Source of the DNA: Bispira polyomma
Taxonomy: Eukaryota
Reading direction: 5' to 3'
Assembly: GCA_965649765.1 (NCBI GenBank)
Contig: OZ287750.1
Coordinates: forward strand, 43,896,001 to 43,960,000
Length of the DNA: 64,000 nt
In this document: piece by piece, positions 13,176 through 28,100 of the stretch
How positions within the stretch are numbered: the stretch's first letter is position 1
Layout of the letters: each line of letters starts with the position of its first letter
Notes under the pieces: model-generated
What the model was told of the DNA's origin: nothing
Database searches by the model: none
The model's input: the letters and a program-made list of their open reading frames with translations, nothing else
Made by a program: the position numbers and the translations under genes

Positions 13176-16100
13176 CTGAAATCAAAAGGTATATATTGTG
13201 TCTTTTTTTTACAATAGCACATTTACAAAATTTAAGTATGCTTGGTCAATGATAAAACAAGAAAGGCAGTTAGTAGACTGAGTACCACCACAAAGGCCCA
13301 TTTCCCCATAAAGTAGACAAAGTTCCTGGATGCAGTTTTCTACCTGGATCCACAGGTAAAAGTTTAATAGATTATTTCTTGACCCATGCTCTATCCATAT
13401 CCTCTATTCCATTTACATCCAGTCCCAAAAATCCTTGAATCCACTTAGATTCAACCTTGATCCACAAACAAACCATTAAAGTGGTTAAAAGCATAACCTC
13501 GTTGGCGGAAGTAATTACAAATTGACACAGCAAACTTTTAAGCAAGTGTAACAGTTTTACAAGGCCCTTATATATAACTATAATCTCTGTAAACTGTCTA
13601 TATATCTTGTTAATGTTACCAAAACAATCATTCATGTATGTGAATTCAAACAGATAATAGTTAGAACAATGCCGAACCAAAACGCCATCTCCATAACGTC
13701 ACCTCCACAACTTTACCTAACTCATCTTTGATTAACCAACAATTACAGTAGAACCTCTCAAATATTCACACATATTTAAAATACATATCACATATTATTG
13801 TAGTATATGAGGTATCTACCTACCTTCTAAGATACGCCAGCACAATGAGCAACATTAAGACTCCTATAGCAACTCCAATAGCTACTCCCAGTGAAATGAC
13901 AACCAGTAAACCTACAAGAGGACATAATGATTGTTTTTTTTATTAGTTTTAATAAAGTGTTCAGTTGAATACAACTTAACTAATATTAGTATATCAATGA
14001 TAAACAATTGAAAAGGTACATTAATTTTTTAACTGAAGCTTTACAAATCATTTTTATGAAATAATACTGATTAACCAATTGCAAAATATGAATAAAAACA
14101 TTGCAGCCTTGCTTATTTAAGGTTATAGCCTTGGATAATAGGTATACCAAATAAAATAGTTAAAAATATTACTCATATATTTATATACCATAGGGAAATG
14201 TAGTCATATTGGAGAGAAAGGTGTTCATACCCCAGTCGTTGACATGAGTGTCATCTGCAAATGAAAAAGAAATAGTGAACAGTAAATACACATTTTGGTT
14301 ATAAGTTGTCACCTTCATGACCTATGCTTTACTATGATAGAAAATGTACTCAGAATTTTTTTTAAATTTAGAGAACCATTGAAAAAAAAAGGCTGACATT
14401 AAATTTAAATAGGGTTAACATAAAACAAGATCACTAAAATACACAGACATATGATATAATTGGTGTTATATTATTAGTGTTCAAATTTTGTTCAACAGCT
14501 GTTAGTCATATACATATTTAGAATTACTTTACATATACAGAAAAAGCTGTAAAACTTTCAGCTGTTCATGATGTCATTATACCTCTGACCACGAACCGGG
14601 TGAAGTAAAGTTACTAAGTATTTGATTCCATACCTCACAATAATGCTAGCCGTAGTATATAAGTATAGTTAACTTTCACCACAATCTGAGTAGGATTATA
14701 GGTACTCAGGCATTTGAGTACCTACTTCCACCACGGTAGTACAGTTACAAAGTAGTTAAATACCTATCTTCCACCACAGTATTATGAGTAGTGCTCCACC
14801 AAGTAATTAAGTATCCCACCTTCCACAACAGTACCAGTGGTAGTACAAATATTAGGTACCGCAGTACGATAAGTAGTAAATCTACTAAGCACTTAAATAA
14901 TTACCTATCACCACAGTACTAGAAGTAGTACAGTATTAGGTACTAAGAGTAATAAGTTACTTAGTACTTGAGAACATATCTACCACCACAGTACTATCAG
15001 TAATACATTTACTGAGTACTTAACTACATAACTTCCACCACAATACCAGCAGTAGCACAGTTATTGAGTACTTAAGTACCTACCTGCCACCCAGTACCAA
15101 AAGTAGCACAGTATTGAGAGTACTGAGAATAGTAAGTTACTTAAGTACATAGCTGCCACCATAGTACCAGAAGTAGTACAGTGTTTGAGTACTTAACTAC
15201 CTACCTTCCACCACAATACCAGCAGTAGCACAGTTATTGAGTACTTAAATGCCTAACTGCCACCCAGTACCAAAAGTAGCACAGTATTGAGAGTACTGAG
15301 AATAGTAAGTTACTTAAATACATAGCTGCCACCACAGTACCAGCAGTACTTAAGTACCTACCTGCCACCATAGTACCAGAAGTAGTACAGTGTTTGAGTA
15401 CTTAACTATCTACCTTCCACCAAAATACCAGCAGTAGCACAGTTATTGAGTATTTAAATGCCTACCTACCACCCAGTACCAAAAGTAGTACAGTATTGAG
15501 AGTACTATGAGTAGTAAGTTACTTAAGTACATAACTGCCACCTTATTACCAGCAGTAGTATAGTTACTTAGTACTTAAGTACCTACCTGCCACCACAGTA
15601 CCAGCAGTACCACAGTTACTTAGTACTTAAGTACCTACCTGCCATCACAGTACCAGCAGTAGTACAGTTACTTAGTACTTAAATCCTTACCTGGCACCAC
15701 AGTACCAGCAGTACCACAGTTACTTAGTACTTAAGTACCTACCTGCCACCACAGTACCAGCAGTAGTTCAGTTATTGAGTACTTAAGTACCTACCTGCCA
15801 TCACAGTACCAGCAGTAGTTCAGTTATTGAGTACTTAAGTACCTACCTGCCACCACAGTACCAGCAGTAGTTCAGTTACTTAGTACTTAAGTACCTACCT
15901 GCCATCACAGTACCAGCAGTAGTACAGTTACTTAGTACTTAAGTACCTACCTGCCACCACATTACCGGCAGTAGTTCAGTTATTGAGTACTTAAGTACCT
16001 ACCTGCCACTACAATTCCAGCAGTAGTACAATTACTGTATGAGCCCACCCACTGGCTTCCACTACAGGTGAGGTGCCAGGAGGCGAGAGTGTTGTTACAT

Positions 16101-19100
16101 TCTACCACGGCGATGTTACCTTTCATCTGTACAACAGCATTGGGAGGGGCTTCAATTGGGGCACAGCCTAGAGCTGTAGGAGTATAACGGGAAGGTTGTT
16201 TAACAGCCAGCTTGTTAAGGTTATATAAAGGAACACAGTAAGATCAAGGCCTAATTGGAATAATTGAAGGGTTAATATAAAATAAACAAGAAGAAAGGTT
16301 ATTTAGCATTTTGTATTGTATTATGTAATTTTAACGCTTTATTGATGCGAAGCATCTTCCAAAGTGCAACAACATGTCAATTAACCAATCTAGAAGTTAA
16401 GTCAATCGAAGAAAACAGTCTTAACAAGCGATGTGGTGATACACAGGCATCTAAAGGGGATAAGCCAGTTTGAAGAGATAGGTTTTAAGCTTTTTCCTAA
16501 ACACAGAAAGTGTTAATGAAATAAAATTACACATCAAGTTCAGCAAATAGATTTTACTGTATTATTTTGGATAAAAATACAGCTTGGAAATTAACCTTGT
16601 ACTTGGTTACATTTACTTTAAATACAGTGCATAATAGCAGAACAAATGCCAGAATTCTCTCACCAGAATACACCACCATAAAGGGAGTGGTACTGTCCAC
16701 AATGGTCACATCGATAATATTGCCCTGGGATAAGAACACGTTGGTCTGCTTCGTTCTCATGTGACCCACCCCACCGCTGCCAGTAGCAGAGGCACCTGCA
16801 CACAAGGAGATGTTACGGCTGGCTGGGGTGCCATTGTTCTCGACGATATAGCCAGCAGCCCCCGCCACACAGGAGGTTTGTAAGGGTCTATAACCCCCTG
16901 GTACAGGGTACCATCCATCATTACTGAGGGCCACTGTGAAATCAATCAGGGTCACATTAATTCTTTGGTAAGGTGGAACCTTGATCCTGATGGGACATCC
17001 GGGACCGCCAACGGAATCCGGAGCCAGAGTGGTGGTGGAAGCAACTACAGCACTAGCCAGTTGTCCAGAGGACTTAGTCACAGTCACATGACCTTCAGGG
17101 GGGCAGGAGGTCTGGGGTGATAGTGAGGCTGGTAAAAAAATTAAAGGAAATAATACAAAACATTTAATGAAATAAAGAAGAGAAAGAATAATGATGAAGA
17201 TAGAGCAATGTTGTAGATAGCTGCTTATGACATTTTGTCTGTGCTTTAGATGATTCTGTATTATAAACCAGGGTAAGTATTCTGAACCTCAAACTTACCT
17301 TAAGTAAAGACCATAATTATAGAGTTCTTGCAGATTTGGAGCAAGTTGTGACATAACCTATTTTAATATGGCTTTTAGGCCTAAATTTAAATATGGAGTC
17401 ACATTTGACATATCTTCCAGAGATACAGAGTTAGGCTGAAGTCTGAGTTTGGTTTTGCACAATATCGCCACAGACGCATGTAGAGTAATTATGCTATGAA
17501 TAATAAAACAGCCTTGTTAATGGAAAATAAATGTGCTTTTAGTACCCCCAAAAAGAATTGTGCTAAAATATAGGCCCTTTTATACTAAAGAGGTTGTTAG
17601 ACTTTATAAAATATAGAATACAACTGTATTGTTCATTATTAAGTTACAATATATCGATGCTGGAATAGTTTTAGAAACATAGCAAAGTAATAAGGAATGA
17701 TGCAGTATGTGACCAAACCCACAAGTGTAGGTAAGCAAGTTTAAAAAGATGAGACAAAACTGTTGTTAAATGAGACACAAATGAGACACATACACACCTT
17801 CTATGCAGCCATAGGTGATCTCTAAATAAAGCCCAAAGTCAGAGTTGCAATGACTCTTCCCGTGCAGTGATATCACAGGCACATGACAACTTCTCCTGCC
17901 TGAGCACTTGGCATCCATAAATGACGTCACGTCCGTTTTGCACCCCACCGCCCCATAATCCTTCTTGATGCACTTGCCGATGTTCATGAGGCCGTAGTTT
18001 GCTTTGTGTATAAGCACCACTTGAGTAGGGCTGCAGCTAGCATTGAAGGCTTCCCAGGCACAACACGTGTCTGTCTTTGTCACATCTATGGAAAAAATAT
18101 ATGATATAACCTTTATAAAATGATGATTTGGTGTCTATACATATTTATTCATTATCAGTGTTTACATATGTGTATACAGAAAAACCCTCTGAAAGTGAAT
18201 GAATCTCAAAAAGAACACAACTTTTATTAATGAATACATTTTCTCCGTCGCATTTTTTGCCACCAGTGAATAATTGTAAAGTGCTTACGAATAGTGAACA
18301 TTTTGACTGGATCCCATGAGTGTTGATTGTAATGAAGTTTTACTGTATTACAGTAAATTATGTAGCGGTTACAGTCCACTTTAGTTTAGAGTCCTTTGGA
18401 AATAGAGTACATTTGCCAAGCTAGCAATGATTTTTTTTAATTTGGATATTTAACGTCCACTCTAGTACCTGTTTAGGTTATATTCAAACGAGTAGTTGGA
18501 AACGCTGGAGGAAACACTGCATACAGTTGATCGAGGTTCTGTACTGAAACAAGCGGCCCACAGTAAGGAACTACCACCTTTCCCACATAGACGTCGACGG
18601 GATTCGAACTCACGTCGCCCAGAGGTGAGAGACCAGTAATTGTAAAGCGCAATGCTTGCTAACCATTAGGCCACCGCGGCCCCCCAAGCTACCAATGAGA
18701 TCGGGCAACTGTGCTCTATTTTCAAAGAGTGAACAATAAGAAGGGACCTAACCTCAATTAAATCATTACAAACCTGTAACAAAAAAAAATGGCTCATAAA
18801 CAGACATACATATATTCATTAACACTTTTCCAGTCATAATCAACAACACAAGATTGTCATGTCAAAATGAGATTTAATACACTTACATTATCATCATAAA
18901 CTTTCACAGTCAGTCATTGTAAGACGAAAATCAACATAGAAGCTTTATCTTGCTTTTTTCTTTATGGTATGTTTTATTTTTTTTCTAGATATTTTTTTTT
19001 ATTACAAGAGACGCCTTGAATATTTAGATATAAAGCACACCAATCCATTAGTTGTAATAAAAATTATATATGAAGTCAATGAGGTTGCTTACTAACTAAC

Positions 19101-22100
19101 GTAAGTAAGCAGACCCATAAAAAGTAACTTAAACCTTGATGTATACACAATACAAATTTAAAGTTGAGTATGACATTAAAAAAATTGTTTATTGTTAAGG
19201 ATAATCATGGCAATTAGAAATAAATTCTCAACAACCTCGAGCTTCATAGTGAAGTGATACAGTTTTGTGATTCTTTGCAAAGAGGACATCAAACCGGGGT
19301 TTGTCCCAACACAAATTAATGTACATTTTAGAGTCTTAGTCTGTTGATTAAATCATAGTTAGATTAACCACTTCATTACCCAAACCAGCTGCTCAGATTC
19401 TCGTAAACAGCTAATGAGACAGTATCAAAGGCTTATATCTCTTATATAACGAGGATTTGTAATGATTTGTTTATAGCCGGATGATATTGCCTTACTAGCT
19501 GGAAAACTAGAAATATTACTTTACTGTAGCCTTTAACTGAATTCTAATTACAAATATATTTATATATATATATACTCCAGTATATATGTTTTAAATAAGA
19601 AATTAACTAGATATTTGATTGTGTATTACAATTTAACCATTCCATACTTTTTGGGGTATTTAATGCAGAAAAAAAACGAAAGTAAAAGTGAAGCAAAGCT
19701 TTAACCGTTGTACAGAACATCTGAGGATCCAAGAGACCTTGCTTGACAGAGGACACTCCCTCATTAGTAGAAAGTTCACAGCCAGGCCAAATTAACCACA
19801 AATTCAGAAGCCCTTGGCTTGTATCTCACACTGTAACTAATCGGGACCAGGAGATCTGGGCCCCACTGAGTGAGCTGCTTTAATTCTGCTACTATTAAAG
19901 GGGCAACCAATATTTATAATGTTAGTGGCTGTTTGATTAAAGTCATTTATTTACGGATTTAGCACCATGTTAGTTTAATGCAGTTTTCTTACTTGGATTT
20001 AATTTGCGTTATTAAAGTATGGACATTTACTTTTTTATTGTCATTAAGTATTTGTAGAAGATTTTATGTACAAAATGTGACTGTCCCAAGTACACCACAT
20101 GTTTACGGTATCCTCTGGTCATATTAGTTACCTTGATCAACTGGGGTGGTATTTTGGTACTCTTAGATAGTGATTCCTTGTATATTTTATATCTAGTATT
20201 ATGAAAGTATTCTCGTCTGATGAATGATATAATCATTAAATTTATTGATCATGACCAACAATAATTGCTACTATATAATTGCCTAATAAAAGTGAAAGTA
20301 AACTAGAGCTTGAACCGATTTCTAAGGATATTGTTTTGTTTAAATCGATAACAATAAAATACCAATGCTCAACAGAAAGACTCATTAATGTAACAGATAT
20401 ATCGGATGGTTTTAGTAAAGCATCACTATTTTGTTTTCCTCTGCCAGGAGGTAAATGTGTTCATCCCTGTCTATTAGTTGATTTTTAACAGGATTATGAA
20501 AAAAGCATGCTGAACTAATTTTTAACTAACTTGGTGGAGAGCTAGGACCATGGACCAAGAAAGGAACCGTTAAATTTTGGGTGGATCGCATACTTCCGGC
20601 AAGGCATCACAGGACCAAAAAGTGACAAACATGCCAGGATCTGAATTTCTGCATGAATTAGCTATAAAATTAAAGGATTCTTGTTTGGCCCACATCCTTT
20701 TTGCGGAATGGGGGGGGGGGGGGGGGGGTTGGTTTTGGGGGTGGTCACCGTGCCACCCTGCGAGACATATACTCTCTAAGAGGCCTTGATTTGCCAATGA
20801 AAAACAAATCACCTTTTTCTTTGCACAATTTCATAGAAAACCTAAATTAACTTTAAACCAAGTGTGCATTAATTAGATCACTTAATATGATCATACAGGG
20901 ACTTATGCAAACAGATCTGTTACTATACTGGGGGGGGGGGGGGGGGGCTCAGAGACACATTTGGGGGGTTTTGGGCGGGTTACTAATGGAAACAGACAGA
21001 AACATTCCCATCAATAATCTCCACCCAAACCAGTCTAAAAGAAGAGAAGGGCAGCAAGCACTTGTTGGCCAACAAGATTGGATGTATTGGGGACAATCAA
21101 TCTTCATTCCAAGCCAAACTAGATATCATAAACTGCACTAACATCACTGAGAGAAAGCCCGCCACTTTAGTATGCAGATGAGCAGTGGTGGGCCAAGGAA
21201 TGGCCAGTGTGGTTGTGTGTGTCCTTATATCTGGTAATATCGTCCACTGAGCGAGAGGGTGTATGTGAGAGCTGAATAGTAAATCAGAAATACTGTTCTA
21301 TTACTGTCAATTTGTAGTGGATTTAGGTCTGGGGATATCAATATAAATGTGAAACTAATTCTATTGAAGGGGGGTATCGGTTGCTCCACATACATTGCAT
21401 ACATGTATAGATATGTAGGTTCTGTGTGAATACATATAGACCATTTAGTGTAAAGTTGAAAGAAAGGTATCCCCCAAGAATACAGAACAAGAATTAAATG
21501 AAATGAACCTTTTTGACTGCTTTCCACATCTGTTTGTACCTGTATAACAAACCTAAGCATGGTCTAAGGTTCACTTTGACAGTGACTTTTCCTATGATGA
21601 AACTACCAGTAGATTTACAGTCCTTCAGGAATAAACCAACAACTAATATCTTTTATAGTTTTTTCATTTTTCGGCTCTGTTGTCTTTTTCAATCTCTATT
21701 TTGGTACTGGTTTATGACTGATGCCTTTCAATATATGGCTCAATAATAACTTTGCATTTTGCTTTGCTGCAAAATTTAAACACTCTGAAGTCTGAAGTAA
21801 TACAACTATAATGAAGAAAGAAATATAACTTGCGAGGCTCTAAAATTGTGCATTTACAAGTAAATTTAGTGTCTATATAAAGCTAAGCTTGACTGATTTG
21901 TTTTGCGCGAAATGAAAACCTAAAGTTATTTTATCTAATACCAGAAAGTCAACACTTAACAAAAATCAAATATTTGACTGATTTATTCAAGAAACAAATG
22001 ATATTGTTGCTATATTGTTTTTATATGTCCATGTAAGTTATTCGTGGGCAAAAATATTGCAGTTTATCGAAATGGCGGGAAAGTCTGCAAAAATATCGTC

Positions 22101-25100
22101 TGCCTGGCCTTGATTAATGTTAAATCAGCAGTAATCTGTGACTTATGTAAGGGCATGAGCCGTGTGTGTATTCAGTACAAACAGACAGAAGATTTAAACT
22201 GACAGCCCACACCGTCTGTCTGTATTGGGGCAGAATAAACAAAAACACCCATCCAATGCAGATTTAAAATGAGCCCACACTGAAGGTTGCTGGACAGAAT
22301 AGGAGACTCTCAAGGTTTGGGCTGATAATTAAGTCATACAGATTAGGGAGATTGAGGGGGTTTTCTGTTTTTACATTTAGAAGTTGTTGTGTTTTTATGT
22401 ACACTTTCCTGATTTCAATTTTTGAATAGACATAAAAGTACTAAAGAAATGATCAAAGAAAGTTATTTTTAAACTTTTTTTAAACCCAGGAGTGTAGTAA
22501 TTTTAGTACATACCAAAGTGTATTTAGGACTTGATTTAAAGGTAATTTTAGTGTTTGCCACTCAAACACTCTGGCCCAGTGGGTAAAACACAGAGGACCT
22601 GGGTTTGATCCAAAGCCTAGGGTTGCCAAGTACAGGCAAATACTTAAATTGGCAGTTCTCTGTCATTGGGTCCTATCCCCAGTGGCAGGCAATAGAACCT
22701 TGGGGACATTGATAACAAAGGTCAACATCAAACTTCTAACTTAGGGTAATGACAGTTACTGGTGCTGGCTGGCTGTACTTGGACAGTCTACAACAGAATA
22801 ATTAGCATTTTGCATACTAAACAAATGTAGATAAATGGACTGACTTTAAATATATAACAACATCAACTGTATTTGTTATATACAAGAAACACTCATGCAG
22901 CTCCCTATAGGAGATAGATGTACAGTCCAGACTTGGATGATTTCACCTGGGGTTAGTATAACCCATCAGTTGAACACTAAAGGCTGGTAAATAAGCGGTG
23001 GATAAGCTGTCAGAAATATGGATATTATTTCACAAAACTGATACAGCGGAAGAGATATCTCGCTTCTGCTACTAGCAGACGACATTTTTTCAGCTTTTGG
23101 CGCCAAAACCTAGAAACCCCTCTGAGGCAGAAATCAATCAATGCTTTTCTGTGTGTCACTTTGTGATAATCTGAAGAAGATTTTATTAAATTACAATTCA
23201 ATTTTATTTCCATGTACATTTGAAACTGGATTAGCTTACTTACAAAAGTAAATTGAATGTCCCTTACAAAATCAAATTACATGTAATAATGACAGTTACA
23301 TATATAAGATAAAATATAACAGCTTCATAACCCTGACTCTAACAATAACTTTTAAATTTACACTGAGGGGCCACAGGGCACAATATGGCCCAATTTCTCA
23401 CAATCATTCTTCCAGAAAGATTAAGTAGTTTACATTTGTTATACTACAGGACAGAAAAAACAGAAATGGCGGGAAAAAGGTCTTTGTCAATAAAGTTATG
23501 GGCACATTACGATATTTTATATTGACCTTAAAAACAACGAAGTTGTGATTTTCCCAGCGTCCATCAGTTGGATTTTTTTGTCACCAGCATTACATAAAAA
23601 CTAAAGATTTGCTAGAAATTTGGTGGAGACAAAGGGCATAGTCCAAAAGAGAATCTATTTAATGCCGAAGAGAATCTTGGTAGAATGGTAGGTCGAGAAT
23701 TTTGTTATTATTTGTGATGCCATGCCGCAGGTATGCGCTCTAATAAGTGCCCTTTTAGTTGTGATTGAAATGATTTATACTGTTTGTAAATATAGAAGAA
23801 ATGATAGGAATAGCAACTTTATAACAATGGATGGTCAAATGTTAATGTATGTTGATGTTTTTGCAATATTTCCCAACACTCCTAATAGTTTTAAGCTGGT
23901 GGTCAAAGATATCGGAAGTCTTTTTCTATACAGTCTCTTTAGTTTGTGATTTTTTTTCCCAAGTTTTGACAGGAAATTACATGTACTAGATCATGCAACA
24001 CTGACATCTGTTTCATCATTATAAGCAGCCGAAAAATATAGTCACGGATTCTCACTTTAAAAAGTTGTGTCCCTCCTCCAAAATGATGAATGACTTGTCA
24101 AAAGCTGCATGCCAATTACAAGTAATCACTTGTTACAATAAAAGAGTTATTAAAATGGATTTTGCATGAGTTCGCTTTAACAAGCTTTGAAGGAAATGCT
24201 TCTGCATTTACTAAAATGCCAGATAAATCTAGTATTTTAATTAGATCCCAATTTACAACTAATACAGTAATAGCCAGATCCACTGGTATCAATTGGGGGG
24301 ATATTGCCTTCCCAAAATTAGAGGTAATATACGTCGTTGTGAAGGCTTTATATTTTGATTCAACAGAATTTATTTACTTGGAGTTTATGTCGCTTTCAAC
24401 AGCTTTGGTCACATTGCGAGGGCCAGACACTGTAAACCACCTGACAAACTTTCTCACATGAGAAAGAAATCCGTGGGATTCAATCCCCAGAGGTGAGAGG
24501 CCATCTCTAGTAAGGAGGTTATGTTAAATAAAATTTGGTGGAGGGATGGAGGGCATGGGTCAAAGATAAGTTTTTAGCGGGTTTTGCACTATGCTAAGTG
24601 ACTTTTCTAGGCATGTAAATAGTCTTTGACTCCCTATAGCTATTACTGAAGATGTTTCTTTTTGTCCATTTTATTATATACAGAGAATTTACACAGTAAA
24701 GAATGTATCAAGTTGTTCTACCTGTTGCACAGCTGATTGAACCGTTCTGATCTAACAACACACTCTAAAGATTTGACCTCATAAGTCTTTAATAACCAAT
24801 GTGGGAACTTTGCCATTTAGTTACTGTTGACATGCTTTGGTTCTAGCCTGACATAAACTTTGGAAAAAGGAAAATAAACTTAAAATAAAAAACCTAAATA
24901 GAATTCTGTACTCTTATTTGAAGATGAAGTTCAACAGTTGATGTTGTTGTTACAAACCATTTCATTGGTCAGTGTCAATTTGCCAACCTGTTTTGATGAT
25001 AACAACAAGATTAACGCTTCTGTTTTGCTGTGTCTACATTTGAGCATGATCAAAAACCCAGCCAATGGTTTACCGGGTGAAATCGAGTGACTCTTGTTCT

Positions 25101-28100
25101 GTGATTAATACTAAAACCCAAAAACTCCAATATAGGGTGTCCATGCACTTGGACTAAAATATAACTAGTTATTTGATAAAGTATTTCCTTATAACGTTGA
25201 CACCTAATTGTTGTTTATATTAGATTATTTAATTAATCAGTTAAATTGTTAGTAGTGTAAGTCTTGGATATATATATATATATATAAGATTAAACTAGGT
25301 TCCAGAGCTTTTCATAACTGTGTAGTTTAATGGGAAGTAAATGTAATTTGGTTCCCAGTGGAATCCAAGGCACTCCTAAATCAGAAACCTCCAGATCGGG
25401 AGGAATAAATCGGCTATGTTGACATCAGAGGAAGAGAGGCGTTTAGTTATTCCCCAGTTAATACAGGGCAGGCAAGCAGTAGGGGGGGGGGGGGGGGGGT
25501 CCTGCATTAACTCAACTACAGGATAGAAGGGATCCTAAATTAACTCTAAATTTGCTCCCAATACATCTGCTGCTCCCGAAATGAAGGTCTGAGCACCAAG
25601 CTCGACCTTTGAAGTACTGATTAAATCTGACAAGATAGCTTCATATTTCACATATACAGTAAAGACTCCATCAAATGCCCTACTTTGAAGGTAAACGACT
25701 GTATGGAACTACTAAAGATAGTTTGCTAATTTTAGCATTAAGAGTGATCTAAAACATTACTGATTACTAATGACAAAAGATCTTTAAGATTATTGTTATA
25801 CAAGTATGATTAAAAGCAAAGGATTTGAATTTGCCTAAAATATTTCTGCGAAAATGTCCTTAAAATTGTAATTTTTCTTAATAAATCAATGCAATATATT
25901 CTATCTATTATAATGAAGACATAATTGGGCAATATATTCAAGAAAATAGGCACCTCAATAAAATTACAAATAAAAAGTCAATTTACACTTTTAGTGGGAG
26001 AGGTACTTCAATATTCAAGCTGAAAACACATAGTGCATCCCAAAATATTTTCTGGAAACATTTTATTCCATGTTCTAGACATACTAAAGATAAAAAATAT
26101 ATTGTTTTATTGGGAGGTGGGGGTGTATGGAAAGGCCAGTAGCCCATTGCCTACTGCTAATACAATATCAACAACATACTTGGCCAGAGGACATGGGACA
26201 CAGAGGACATGGGACACAGAGGACATGGGTTCAATCCCAGTCTTGGGCAACTAATGTACAAGCAAATAAATAATGACTTGGATGACTACTTAAAAATGGC
26301 GGTCCTCTGTCGGTGGATCGTATCCTATATGATAAATGTGTCAAGCCTCTCTCTGTAGTTAGGGGATTGATAGTTAACTGATGCTGGTTAGCTATTGCCA
26401 GTCAAAAGAACGTCAATTAGCACTTTGAGTATTAGATAAAGTATAAATTTTAATACAACCAAAGGTTAGTTTTTTAGCATTTTTCTGTAAGATGCCAAAT
26501 TTGATCATAAACATATCCTATATGAATGTGGCTCAAAATAAAAAATGTATTTTAAATTCGTGAATAGTTTGACACACAATAAAAACATAGTGGCTCAGTT
26601 TTCCATGAAATTAGCATCATGTGGTAATAAATTAGATGTTTGTGAAAGTTTTAATTATTGGTTCATATACTCCTAGAATGAAACCAATAGTATTAAATAT
26701 CTTAATGCATAGAAGTAAATGAACATGTCATCTGCGAGTAATTAAATACAGAATATTTTGTGAATATTAAAAATATTTTATCTTTAATTTCTAGAATCTT
26801 AGAGGGATATTTATATTGGCAATTTGTACAGATGAATAGGTTTTTAAAATTGTAAATGGCTTTAATACACTTCCGATTTTATTTAGTATAGATAAAGATG
26901 GCATAATGTCCCATTTATACATTCGTGTTCAATGTAGAGCAGTTTACTTCTGGTGCTTGTGTGATCTGGAGTAAACGCCTAACATCTGGACATAAACTGG
27001 GCATAAACTGGAAAGATAGGGAAGAATGGGAGGCAGATCTGGAAGAACATGTTCAAAACTTCAGTGGGTGGTCGGCTCTAAAAGTCACATCTAGAGAGAA
27101 CTGGAGAAAGGGATGTGATTGGGGCTTAAACAGGGCATAAACGTGGAATAAACTGATAAGAACTTGTGTGATCTTAACAGGTCTGGTGTAATCTGGAGGA
27201 AACATTGCAAAAAAAACTGTGATAATCTGCTTAGTTCTGGTATGGTCTGATAAACTTGTGAGAGCTGTTAAAAAACTGGGCATATCCTGGGCATAAACAG
27301 GGCTTAAACGGGACATATCCTGGGTACAAACTGGGCATATCCTGGGCATGATCTGGTGAATCATATGCAAATAAGCATCTTCACCCATTTTCTCCAGATC
27401 AGTAAAATTCTAATGATCTGTGGTCGTCTGGTATAAACGTGACAAGAACTTTATAGTGTGATCGACACATAAGGTAAAAGTTTACACTATAGTGTCATAC
27501 CAATGTAAATATTGTTATTATTTAAATACTTATTTTGTACTTTTACCATACTTGTACCCGTGTATGGATGAATCAATCAATCCATAAATAAATATTAAAT
27601 AAAAACTTTAGAAAATGTAGCAAAAAGGCTTCCATGTAAATACATTAATATGTTGCAAAAATTAATGGAAAGCACATTGCTCATCAAATAAAAGCCACTG
27701 AGTGTGTAAGTAATGGGTTCTACTGTAGACAGAGCTGCTCACACACAAAGACTCAGTGAGATTTGATGTCTGTAATTTATTTTTTTTCTCTATCCAAGTG
27801 ATAGCAAAGCTATCTTTATCGGGATCCCCAATTGGATCCAGATTTTCACCGTGTGTGAGTAGTTCTAGCTCTTATATCTGGATTGTTTGCTATCCCACCA
27901 GTCAAACCATATAGCAATTAAAACTTTGAGATTTACTATTCACCAAGGTCACAGTTTGGAACAGAATATTCGTTAAGTATTAACCATAAACTACAACATA
28001 AAAACTATTTAATGATGTACTAGTTTTAGGGTTTTAGCAACAGTGAAATTTTACTTTTTAAATATCCAATTAATATCGTTTCTATAAATTTAAAAATAGT

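Noticed and set aside
15570-16002. 13-nt GT..AG spacers spliced as true ultra-short introns
   Set aside because: Far below animal spliceosomal intron sizes, and several adjacent cassettes carry TGA; only non-adjacent site use is plausible.
14700-16040. CRISPR-like array
   Set aside because: Contiguous tandem units with no unique spacers, no cas genes, and a eukaryotic intron context.
20710-25500. Poly-G runs (about 20710, 20930, 25482) as functional G-quadruplexes
   Set aside because: Simple homopolymers of uncertain assembled length with no supporting context.
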